Source of the DNA: Camelus ferus
Lineage: Eukaryota
NCBI RefSeq assembly: GCF_009834535.1
Contig: NC_045712.1
Location: 25,358,001-25,422,000, forward strand
Length of the DNA: 64,000 bases
Direction: 5' to 3'
How positions within the stretch are numbered: the first letter of the stretch is position 1; each line of letters opens with the position of its first letter. Under the pieces are notes generated by a model. The model ran no database searches. It had not been told where the DNA came from and worked only from the letters and a program-made list of their open reading frames with translations. Positions 25,101 through 37,100 of this stretch are shown in pieces. A program made the position numbers and the translations under genes.

Positions 25101-28100
25101 TGCCACACTCCTCCCTGTGCCTGTTGCCTGTGGCCAGACAACCTGACAGGGCTTCTGTTCCATGAACCTCTCTCTGGGGATCCCTGACCTTGAGGTCCTC
25201 TGTCAGCACCCCTTCTTCTCCAGCAGCATCTCTGCAGCTGTGCTTAGCTCTGCTGTGGGGCTTTTCTTTGGGTAGACCTGCCTGCTAAAGCATCCTAGCA
25301 GCTCAGGCTGTCACCATAGCAACGGCAGCAAAGGGAGGCAGAGCTGCACTAGGTATCTACCCATCAGCCTCCAGATTTTAAATGCCGTGGGCTGGGTGTT
25401 TTTCAGGATTGAGCTCCTACTCCAGAGCCAGCGGCCCGAGGTGGAGGAGATGATCCGAGACATGGGTGTGGGACAGTCAGCAGTGGAGCAACTGGCTGTG
25501 TACTGCGTATCCCTCAAGAAGTGTGTATTCTGGTCCCTCTGTCCAAATCCAGAAGCTAAGTCATGGCAACCCAGCCATGCCTCTCCATCTGTTGCCCATC
25601 TCTTGTAAAGCAGAGCAGGTGGAGTTAAGGGACAGACTCTAGAGCCAATCTGTCTCAGTTTGAACTCTCACCCCACCTCTCACCATGTGGCCAGGAGCCA
25701 GTTTCTTAACCTCTCTGATCCTCAGCTTCCTGAATAGAGATATAATAACTTGCCTCACAGGATTATTGAAAGAATTAAGTGTGAATTATAACTGTTACTT
25801 CTAAGGAGGTTGGCACAGCTCTCTGAGCTATAAGCCCCATTGTGATATCCAGAGCCTGTTTCCCATCAGCATCAGCACTGTTACTGACCCTGCCTGGTTT
25901 ATATCAGAAACTTAGCTCAGATGCTCCATTACCATGAGTGTGAAGTTGGGGAAGAGGGGTCACTTGCCTGACAGGCATGGAGGATCCCAGATGCCTCCTG
26001 TAGGGGCAGGTGGTGTAGAGGGCCTCCTAGTGAGGCTGGGGCTTCCTGTACACCCCCTTTTTTAATAGCGGTACTGGGGATTGCACTGAGGACCTCATGC
26101 ATGCTAAGCATGCGCTCTACCATTGAGCTTTTATCCTCCTCCACCCTGTAGACCCTTTTAAATCACCAGTGCCTACAAGACAGGCAGGGTGCAGAGACTC
26201 ATCAGCTTTCCTTGCATTGGGTGCAGGACCCTCCACAGCACCACCTAGTCCCTGTTGGGCTCAGGTGTCAGAGTAGGAATGAGAAAGGCTGAGGGTCGGA
26301 TCTAGCTTTGTGTTTGGGTGGTGCTATGGCTCAGTCTGAGCAGCAGGTATCTGGTACTGACATCTCTTTCCATGGCCCCTTTATAGAGAGTATGAGAATC
26401 TAAAAGAGGCACGGAAGGCTTCAGGAGAGCTAACTGACAAGCTGAAGAAGGACTTGTTTTCTTCCAGAAACAAGGTAACTTAGTGGGGAGCAGAAGGTGA
26501 GGGGTGAGGTGGCTGTCCTTTTGTCTTGCCCATTCATGTCTCCTAAGCAAGGTCATGGGGCCTGATGGTGCAGCTGGCTTCATGTGACTGGCTGTTGGAT
26601 GACTCACAGAGACTGGTTTGTGGTCCTTACTGGGCATCAACTCTGGCCACGTGGCTTGTCCTCTTAGGGTGGCAGATCATGCAGGTATCCCCCCACCACC
26701 TGCACACTTATGCTCTTCCTGGCCCCTGGGTACCTCTCAGCTGACTGGAGCACACAGGTCCCACAAGTGACAGCTGCAGGAGTCTGTTTTTGTACCAGGC
26801 CCAGAGTAGGAGGCCTCTTGGAACTTGGTTCAGTCAGCACAGCTGCTTTTATTTCTGGGCATGGTGCATCCACAAGCTGCAGGGTATGGGAAGCAGCCCT
26901 TGCTCCTGGGCAGCTCCAGATGGGCATTGCCGGACTCTGGTCCAGCCCCATAGAGCTCAGGTCTCCCACCATGTGCCCAGACTCTTCTGGGCTCCAGGCT
27001 TCCATGAGCTTGTGTAGCGGCTGGTTGGGGCAGGGCACATGGCCACCCCTTGGTTTGTCCTTTACTCCTTATACTTCTCTTGTAGTTGCAGACAGTCTGC
27101 TCTGAACTGGACCAGGCCAAGTTGGAGCTAAAGTCGGCCCAGAAGGACTTACAGAGTGCTGACAAGGAAATTGTGGTGAGGGACATCCCTGGCCAGGTGG
27201 GAATGAGGGGTGACTTGTGTGCTCTCTAAGAGCAGGTCTGGGGTAGCTCTGCCCGGGGACCTCGCACTAGTCAGCACTGGTGCCTCTGGGCTCCCTGAAT
27301 CCTCCTGGGTCAGGACGTGTACCTTGGCCCTTGGTCTGGAGCCTGGGTCTTCCTCACAGTTTGTCTTATGCCTACATCCTTGAGGTTACCAGAGGAGGGG
27401 CTCAGAGAGGGGTTCTGAGATCCGGTAGTCCTGGCCTCCTGAGCCTGATATTTGGGTTTCAGGCCTTGTTCTGTTACCAGTGGGCTTGCCCCTTGTGCAT
27501 ATGTTGCTACGTCCTTAGGAGTTGTTCTGGACTTGATGTCTCAGTCTGTCTTTCACACTTTTCTCTTTCCTTCCCCAAGAGCCTGAAAAAAAAGCTAACG
27601 GTGCTGCAGGAAACCCTGAACCTGCCGCCAGTAGACAGTGAGACTGTCAACCGCCTGGTTTTTGAGAGGTTTGTTGAATATCTGGGGTATGCAGGGGCCA
27701 TAAGCTGGAGGAGCTCCCCGGTAAGGGTCTTCACTCATCTTGGCTTTGTGGGGGTGGGTGGCCCATGTGGGCCTGGAGGCTATGGACCTCCTATAGTGGG
27801 AGACAACCAAGATTTAGCTGGAAAGCAGCTTTGAGGTAAAGTCTGGACTCTGACAAGGGGAGGCCAGGGGAGGCCAGAAAGGAACTAAGAATGGTCAGAG
27901 AAAGGGCAGGAGCATTCTCTGTGCCAGGGCATTTGTTTATGGAATGGCTCACCTAATACATCTGTCTGCCCCAGATTCTCAAACATGAAACCAGCAGAAT
28001 AACTCCCTTCTGGTCCCATTAATGTGCGCATTAAAGCTGCCAGCAGAGGGAGCCAAGAGGCTGAGGGACGGGTGTCCCTGCCTGCTGTAGCCACCCATTC

Positions 28101-31100
28101 CTTTTCCTGAGTGTTTCACAGAAACAGGCTGAGAGCATCCTCAGGGCTCTCTCCTGCTTAGCTGCCCAGCTGATGCTCTAGACAGAAAACACACAGCTCA
28201 GTGGTCCAGCCATTTTCATTTGAGCCATTTTTCAAGGTTGGAAAATCATTATGCTCCTTCTTCCCCACATCCAGTCAGTTGTTAGAGCCTACCCATCTAA
28301 CTTCTGTGGTTCCTTCCTGACCCTTTCCCTTGCTAGTGCCTCCACATGAGGCTTGTGATCCATGCTTCCACCCCTCCTATCTGTTCAGCCCTGAGCTGAT
28401 CCATGCTTCCACCCCTCCTATCTGTTCAGCCCTGGGCATCGTGCCACTCCCTTGCCAGAACACTTCTGGGGACCCTTTGCACTGTGCCTGAGGCACTTGT
28501 GGAGCCTCCTTGTGGGCTGCGGTGGATCTTCAGCCTTTAGCCACATCACACTGTCAGACACAGCAGAGCACCCCTTCCTTGCCTTCCTGCTCCTATGCCT
28601 TTCTGTGCCTGTGCTCTTCTCCATACTGAAGAGTTAGCTGCCCTGCCGAGCCTTCCCTAGTCTCCTCAGCAGAAATAAGCTCACTGTCCTCTGCATAGGT
28701 AGCTTCTTATTCAGATGCTGTGTCAGGAGCCAGGGGCCACAGAGGTGCTCTAGAGTCTGGCTGGAGCATGGTCCACCCACTGCATACACGCCCAGCCATC
28801 CGTAGACTGGGAGCCACATCCTAATCTGCGTCCCTCACCACTAACTTCCTTACACACATAGTGCTTTCCCTGCATGTAGTACTTGGTCAACGTCACAGGG
28901 GGAGTGAATGCATATAGGCCAGTTTCCTTTCATTCTTGTACCTGTAATTCCTCATTTTTTCTTTTTTTTTTTTTAGCATATATTTATTTTAATTTTTCTC
29001 CTTAATGGAGGCACTGGGAGTTGAATCCAGAATCTTGTGCATGCCAGACGCACTCCACCACTGAGCTATACCCCCGACCCCACTAATTCCTCAGTCTTAC
29101 TCTTCCCTGTCTTTCTTTGGGTCCTCCAGTCTCTTTATGGAGTTAGAGCTGGCTGGCTGCCCCAGTGTAGGTTGGACTGAGGAAGGGCTGTGGGAGTGTG
29201 AGGGGCACAGGACTCTGTGAGGTTCAGCCTGTGGTTGATTTCGACAAACTAAGCTCTTTGCTGGTCCCTCCTACCTACTCTACTCTCAGAGCCCATCGGC
29301 CTGGCCACCTTGGAAGCCCCAGTAACATAAGGGCTCTGCCAGGAGATTGGCAGGTATAGTACCCACCCTCAGGGAGCTAATAGTCTCAGTTACCATCTCA
29401 TGTGGACAAACCTTTAGAACCCAAGCTGCTTAAGGCAAAAAGTAAAAATCCTTTTTCTAGGATATCACTCAAGGCTGCCATCTGCAAGTTCCTCATGGTG
29501 CTCCCTTCCACTTTCCATTCCATGGGCCTCAGTGTTTCCGTGCACTTGTCCTCTGTGTCCAGCATCCACAGTAAAGGACCCACAAGCACACAGGCTGCCT
29601 CTAGATGCCCAGGGACTTTGCATACCTGCTTTTGCTTACTTTCTTTACCACTCCAGGCTTCTCTAAGGTCTAGACTTCTACAACAGGTCTTTATTGAGTG
29701 CTTGCTGCATACCAGGCCCTCCCTGTCTTCTTGCAACTTGTGTTTCAGTAGGATAGACAAGCTAGGGGATTCAATAACCAAGCCCTGAGCCCACTGGCCA
29801 CACACCACATCATGGGATTTGGTCTATAGCTCCCAGTTGGGATTGAGCCCACTTCATTCTGAGTAAGCCTTGGGTCAGGGCCTGCAGCCCACCTTGGTAC
29901 AGAGGTAATTTCTCTGGTCTCCCCTGTCTTTCAAGCCAGCAGGATACCATATCTGATAAGCCTACATCTGTACAAAACTGAGCTGGGCTTCCCATCAAGC
30001 TGTTTGCAAGCTGATGTCATTCCTTTTTCTCCAGTATTTCTCTGGGCATAAAAATTAGGGTGGCAGGTCTGTGCTTTTTGTATTAGCCCTTCTTTGAACT
30101 AGACACAATCAGTTCTAAATTCAGGGTCTTTTTTAGGGACCCAAGCTCTCAAAAATAGTTGTTGAATCTTCAGTAGCAGCTTTGCCCCATCTTTGTGCTC
30201 TGATGACGACCCTCAAAACTGAAAGTCCCCTCAAAAACCCTGCCTCTACCTTTCCTATGGCAGCTGACAGGTTGCTATGTGGGTCTGAAAGGAGTCTTAG
30301 GCTTTCCTGACATATTGCAATGTAAAGGCACATTCCTGTAACCAACATTCAAATCCAAAGGAAGAGCAGTCCAGGCAGAGAGAATGGCAAGTGCAAAGGC
30401 CCTGAGGCAGGACTGAGTTGGATATGCTTGGAGGAGTGGGGCCAGCGGCAGACAAGCCAAATCTGCAGAGTTTCACAGGCCAGCCATGGAGTGCAGATTT
30501 TTATCCTAAGGACAATGGAAACTATTGGGATACTTGAGAAAGATCGCTCTGGTGGGACTGGTGCACGCCTCTGATTTTCATCTGGTTACCTGTGAGATGG
30601 TACCTCGAGCCTGCACTCCAGCCCAGGGGTACCAGGTCACCAGCTTGATGGGTGCCCTCTGAGACCTCTGCTTCACTACAGATGAAGACCCTATAGACAT
30701 TCAAAGTATTGTGGGAGGCAGTTGGGTATTTGACTTTAGGTGTTTTCTGGATGCTTTGCTGTCACTCTATAACTTTAAAATAGGACTCCCTGGAATGCCT
30801 TGGAGATATATCCATGTTGGTTCCCAGAGATCTGTGTTATTCCTCCTGCCACCCAGTGTGTGTGAAGCACACAGGCAATGTTGACTCAGGCATCCCCTTC
30901 TCAGTGGATAGCCCAGGCATTTCCAGTTTTCCAAGTTGATAGCACCATAGGGAACACCCAGGGTTCCAGGGGAGAGGTGAGATGGCAAGACAGTCACCCT
31001 GGGACTTCTGTCTCTTGTATCTTATGTCTCAGTCTTTCTTGATATTACTTCCTTGCTTTGCTAAAGTTCACCTTGAAATAGTTCCTAAGGAAGGGAACTG

Positions 31101-34100
31101 GGCTGTGTGTCAAAATGCTTCTATGCTGCTTCTGGCTTAGTTTGCCAGTTTGCATTCCAGATGAAAGTTAGTTTCCCTTAGACCCCGAAGAGCCTGCTTT
31201 CTAGTTGTCTAAAATCCATTGTTGCCACTGAGAAATTGATGCCCATCTGATTCTCAGCTCTTTTGTAGATGAAACTCTTGTTTCTCTTGAGACAGTTTTA
31301 GGCTGCTTCCTTTGCTCTGGGGCTCCTGTTACTTCCCCTGACGTGTCTGGATGAGAGTTTTTTCCATTTGTCTTGCTGGACCCTTATTGGGTCCTTTCAG
31401 GGTAAACATGTGAGTCCTCCTTCAGCTCTAGGAACTTTTTTTTCTCTCTCTCTCTCTCTTTGATCAAGTCTTTATTTAAAATTAGCTGTCCAAAACGGGA
31501 ACTTTCTTGTGTTATCCTTTTGAGAGTCTGCTGCACTCCAGTGTCTCCGGCCGCTCTGGACCACCCGCAGATCTAATGTCTGACTTGGTTTGGTCCTGTA
31601 TACTTTTGGTTTTTTGTACTCTATATTTTGGGAGATTTTCCTTAAATTTTAATTAGAATTTAATTTTTATGATATTTTACTTCATCAATCATATTTTTTA
31701 TTATGGTACAATATATATGACATAAAACTCACTGTTTTAACCATTTTTAAATGAATAATTCTGTGGCATTAAGTATATTCATATTGTTGTGCAACCATCA
31801 CCGCTGTTCACCTAGAGAACTTTTTCATCTTCCCCACCTGAAACTCTACCCATTAAACGCCAACTCCATGCCCCACTCCTACCCCTGGCAGCCACCATTC
31901 TACTTTATGTCTCTATCAATTTGACTACTCTAGGACCTTCCTATAGGTGAAATCAAATAATATTTGTCCTTTTGTGGCTGGTTTATTTCACTTAGCGTAC
32001 TATCTTCAAGGTACATCCATGCTGTAGATATGTGAGAATTTCCTTCCTTTTTAAGGCTGAATCAGTAATCGCATTTTAAATGTCCAAGCCTTCTTTCTTG
32101 CTCTCGGAGTGCATCCACTGCAAAATATACTGTCCTTTGTCTTATGGTCTGGCAGTTTTGTTTCTGTCAGGGTCAGTGTGTATTTATCACGGCCTTTCTC
32201 TTGGACTTCCCTCCCGTGCCTGGGGGACCTTGGCTACCTGTGGCCCTCTCAGGAGGAGGAACAGAAAAGCTACCTGCGAGCCTAACTTATATGGGCAGAG
32301 TTTGGGGGAGTGTGCGGTCAGCTGGCATCATACTGAGTCTTTGCTGAACCTAGGATGCAGAGGGATTTACTGTCAGGTCCAATACTGGCTGCCCTAAAAT
32401 CCCATGGATGGTTTGCCTGTGTCTTTAGGAAAGGCCGTTCTCTTTCTTGGCCCCAGGTAGCAGGCTTGCTACCTGGTGCTTTGCCAATGCAGATATAGGA
32501 AGGGATGGAGCCAAGCTCACACATTCCATCAGTACTCCCATTTTCAGGCTTGTTTAATATGTCTGTAGATCTAGATCTTCCCTAGTCCTCCCTTGCATTT
32601 GTAACCCTCTCCTGGTGGGTTCTGGCTTGATGGGTCTGGTGGTAAGTCTCCTATCCCCTGGCCATGCTCCCTTCCAGACTGTTTTGGAAATCTACAGATA
32701 CTGATGATGGCTGCCCATTCCATTTGTTACAGTAGGATTATCCTACATTCCTGTCATTTTTGGGAGACCTCAGGAGGTAGTTATCACCCCTAGTACTACA
32801 GAGAGGGTGTTTGGAAGACTCCTTTTATGAACCTCAAGAGCACCTGAGCTTCAAGCTCAAGGGAGTTGGGGAAGCTTTGCTTAGGACACGTTGTGTAGGA
32901 CACATTGACTAGTTCCCATGTCACACAGGTGATAGGTCTGCCCAGGGCCTTGATTCAGTTTTGGAAAGGGGGCTTTGAGTGTCTTGCCTCAATTCCTGAG
33001 GACTCTGGTATGAAGCCCTGGGTGAGTATCCCAAAGGTAATGGTATCACCCAGGAGGACCTCAAGCCAGGCCCTCAACCAGTGAGGGGCGGCACTGGGCC
33101 CTAGGCTCTTCCACTTCATCAGACAGGCAGAAGGTAGGAAGGAAAGAAAGACCATTGGTAGGAAGGAAAATAGTGTTTGAGCTCATGAAAGAAGAAGGAT
33201 TCACCAGGAGCTGTCTGAGGGAAAAAGAAGTGTATTCATATGAGCCAGATGGTGTGGGGGAGTGAGGAAGGCACTGTGAGAACCTCTTGAGTCTTGAGCT
33301 TAATGTTGTGGATGGCCAGGAGGTGCGAGTGAAAAAGGCTGGCTTGGCTTGAGCCAAGGCTGGGCACGTGCCATGAGCACCACTGGGCAGGGTCCGAGGG
33401 GATGGCAGCAGGAAACTCTGCTGAGAGCCACCTGGAGGGCAAATGGCTTCCCCCAGCCCGACCCTGCCTGCCTCTTGAGTGCACCTCTACTAACCTGGGC
33501 CTGGACTTGCTGCAGTTGGTAAATAGCGGTAGAATAACAGATATTACAGAAGATTGGCATGAGTGGTCCTGGCTGCTGCTTTATATTGTGACTCCCAGAG
33601 AGGGAAGCAAAGCAGCCTTTGCTTCCACTTGGAGGCACGAAGAGGGTAGAATTTCCAGGGATCTGGCGAGGGAAAGGAAGAGGTATTCCAGGCCTTCCAG
33701 ACTGCTTACCCACCCAAGTCAGTGCAGGCAGTTCCCTTTCCCCTGATCTGCACACCCCAGCGGGCTCCTGACCGAGACTAATATCCCCAAGGCTCCTCCC
33801 TTGGTCCCTGAGTAGTGAGAGTAGGGCTGTGGGCAGCCCTGAGGGAAGGAAAGAGAGAGAGTATTCTTGGGGCTGCCCCTGCCACCCTCCGAGTTCTCTG
33901 ATCACAGGAGCTAAGGAGCCCCACCAGGCCTGGATGAGCTAGAGAAATCTTGCTGGCTGCAGTCATCTGATAGAATTACACCCCTTCACCATTAAAAAGT
34001 AAAAACACATTCATTGTTGAGAATTTGAAAATGTAAACTTATCCCAGCGGTAGTCACCGTTGACCAATAGTAAATTTCCTTCAAGTCCTCTTTCTGTATG

Positions 34101-37100
34101 TGGTGAGGTAGACGATATGTATGCACAAATCATGTGATTTGTAGAGGTTTTTTTTCTCTATATGTGGAGGTTTTTTTTCTCCCAATTTTATTGTGGTACA
34201 ATATATATAATATAAAATTTACCAACATTTTTAAGTGTACAGTTCAGTGGTATTAAATACCTTCATAAAGTTGTACAACTATCACCACCATCTATCCCCA
34301 GAATTTTTGTCTTATAAAAAACTTAAGCTCTATATCCATTAAATAATAACTCCCCATTTTCCCCCCTTCCCCCAGCCCCTGTCACTATGNNNNNNNNNNN
34401 NNNNNNNNNNNNNNNNNNNNNNNNNNNNNNNNNNNNNNNNNNNNNNNNNNNNNNNNNNNNNNNNNNNNNNNNNNNNNNNNNNNNNNNNNNNNNNNNNNNN
34501 NNNNNNNNNNNNNNNNNNNNNNNNNNNNNNNNNNNNNNNNNNNNNNNNNNNNNNNNNNNNNNNNNNNNNNNNNNNNNNNNNNNNNNNNNNNNNNNNNNNN
34601 NNNNNNNNNNNNNNNNNNNNNNNNNNNNNNNNNNNNNNNNNNNNACAAATAGCTCTTTGAGATCCTGCTCCCAGTGCTTTTGCATATATACCCAGATGTT
34701 GAATGGCTAGATCATTTAGTAATTCTATTTTTAGTTGCTTGAGAAATGGCCTTTCTGTTGTCCACAGTGGTTGTACCACTTTACATTCCCACCAGCAGCA
34801 CATAGGGGTTCCAATTCCACCGCATTCTTTCCAGCAGTTGTTATTTTCTGTTTTTTTATTAGTAGCCATCCTAATGAGGGTGATGTGGTGTCTCATTATA
34901 GTTTGATTTGCATTTCCCTAATATTAGTGATTTGGGGCCTCTTTTCTGATATTTATTGGCCGTTTGTAAATCATCTTGGGAGAAATGTCTATTCAAGTCC
35001 TTTGCCCATTTTTGATTGGATTGTTTGTTTTTTGTTGTGCTTTAGAAGTTCTCTATATAGTCTGGATTTTAATCCCTCATTAGATACGACTTGCAAATAT
35101 ATTCTCCCATTCTGTGCACTGCCTTTTTACTCTGTTGATAGTATCTTTTCATGCACAAAATTTTAAATTTTTGTGAAGTCTAATTTGTCTGTCTTTTCTT
35201 TTGTGAACTATTATACAGAGTTTAATGTTGCTTTTTAAATTTAACATATGAACATTTCCCCATATTATTAAGTTTACTCTCTAGCAACAGTACTTTAATG
35301 TCTATATCATAGTCAAGCTATGAAAGTGCCAGTTCGCTGGGGGAGTCGTTTTGACAGCTTCTAATATTGTGCCATTTGCCATGATGAGTGACACTGGAAG
35401 GGACATCCCTCTACTTCAGCGTGTGGTCAACTCTCTCACTGGATCCTTACACTGCATTCTAAGAAATGAGGCTATTTGGACAAAAGGCTTTTTATTTGTT
35501 CATCTGAGTTTGTGTGGCTTTTGCTTGCTTCCTTCCATATCTACCAGACTTTCGCTGTGTGAAGGACTAAGCCAAGTGGTCTTTTTCAGTAGAGATTAGG
35601 GCTTCCTTTCAGGGTAGCATTAAACCAGGTGTGGACCCCAGGCCCCCGAAGCTGATCCATCTCTGACGTTTGAAGAGCAGTTGTCCTTCTGGGCTGCCAC
35701 TATGGTCTTAAGTCACCAGGCTGTCTCTGCCTGTAGTCCAGCTCCTGTGGAGATGCTGAACCTGAAGCTTCGCCGGCCAGCCTTCGGTGATGATATTGAC
35801 CTCAACGCCACCTTTAATGTGGACACCCCCCCAGGCCAGCCTTCCAGCACCCAGCGTGGCCATGCCAAGAGGCTTTTCCCAGAGAAGTCACAGTAAGTGG
35901 TTGTCCCTGGCCTTTCCACAGCCTGGGGGAGAATGGCTAAGAGATCTCTGCAGGTTCTGCCCTAATAACTCTGAGTGGCTGACGGGGCAGTGAGGGTCAC
36001 CTGGGCTTGGCCATGGCTTTGGTTCCAGTCACCTCTTCTTCCTGCTCTGAGTTCTCTCTGCAAAGCCCTTCTGTCGCTTGTCTCATTAATCTTCACGATC
36101 ACCCTTTAAGCGAAGATTGAGATGTGAGTTGGAGAGAATACAGGAGTCCCAGTAGGGGCAGATCTGGGCTGATGCTGTTGGGGTGGTGGGGTGTGCTCCC
36201 AGTATGTTGAATGCCTGTCCACTGGAGTCCTGAGGCAGGGACTCTGAACTTCCTCTTCAATTGTGAGCCCCACAGGCTCATGCTTGAGGCAGGACCATCT
36301 CAGACCCAGGAGCCCAGGGCCCTACCACTTAAGGAGGTAGCCCACAGGGGCAGGCATGAGAAGCTGTACGGAGCTGCTATGGAGTGGGTGGGAGCTGCAC
36401 AAGTGGTGCAGTGGGACTGGGAATGCAGAGACTGTCCCCTTGGCCAGGCAGGCCAAGTATAGTTCATCATGGAGACAAGAGCTTCTCCCGTACATCCATG
36501 TAGATATACACTGCTCAGGTAAGAGAGTTCAAGACTTTAGACATGAGAGAAAGAATTTGAGATGTTAGGCAGTGGAGATGGAGGAGGCCCAGGGAGAGGA
36601 AAACCAGGTGGCTATCCACCCCTCCCCACCTCAGGGGCAGAGGCACCTGTATGGTATAAGGCCAGGCCTGGTAGCAATGAGAAACCTAGGGCATGTGGGC
36701 TGCAGTCAGGGGGCCTATCAGTGCCTGCTCGATACTCTGCCTTCCTCTTGTTGCCTCTTTAGCTGTAAAGGTTGAAGGTGGGCACCTGGGGCCCACAGGG
36801 TGCCAGATTTTTAGAGACATTCTACCATCTTCAGTGACTGCAAGGGATGTGAGGGAGCCCAGGATGCCCCTAACTTGGATCAGCCTCCCAAGAACCAGAC
36901 TTTCAGCAAGTAGAGTTTCCTCCCTTGGTCATCATGTGGCATGACCACAGGCTGTGGGGACAGAAGCAGAGGAGTTCAGTGTCGGCAGACCCTGATCCTG
37001 CCCTTGCCCTTGTGACTTTGAGAACCCACAGGCTCAGCCTGTCACCATTCTCCCACTCAGATCTGGGAAAATAAGAGGAGAGGTGTCCAGCTGCTAGGGT

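Noticed and set aside
26056-26144. tRNA-Ala gene
   Set aside because: The tRNA-like head has a broken acceptor stem, an A tail and TSDs, so it is a SINE.
33300-33905. 201-aa minus-strand ORF in TRAIP intron 10
   Set aside because: No domain similarity recognised, non-ATG start, and no supporting splice or poly(A) context.
35381-35507. Box C/D snoRNA (ATGATGA...CTGA) in TRAIP intron 10
   Set aside because: No terminal stem and no convincing internal boxes or guide sequence.
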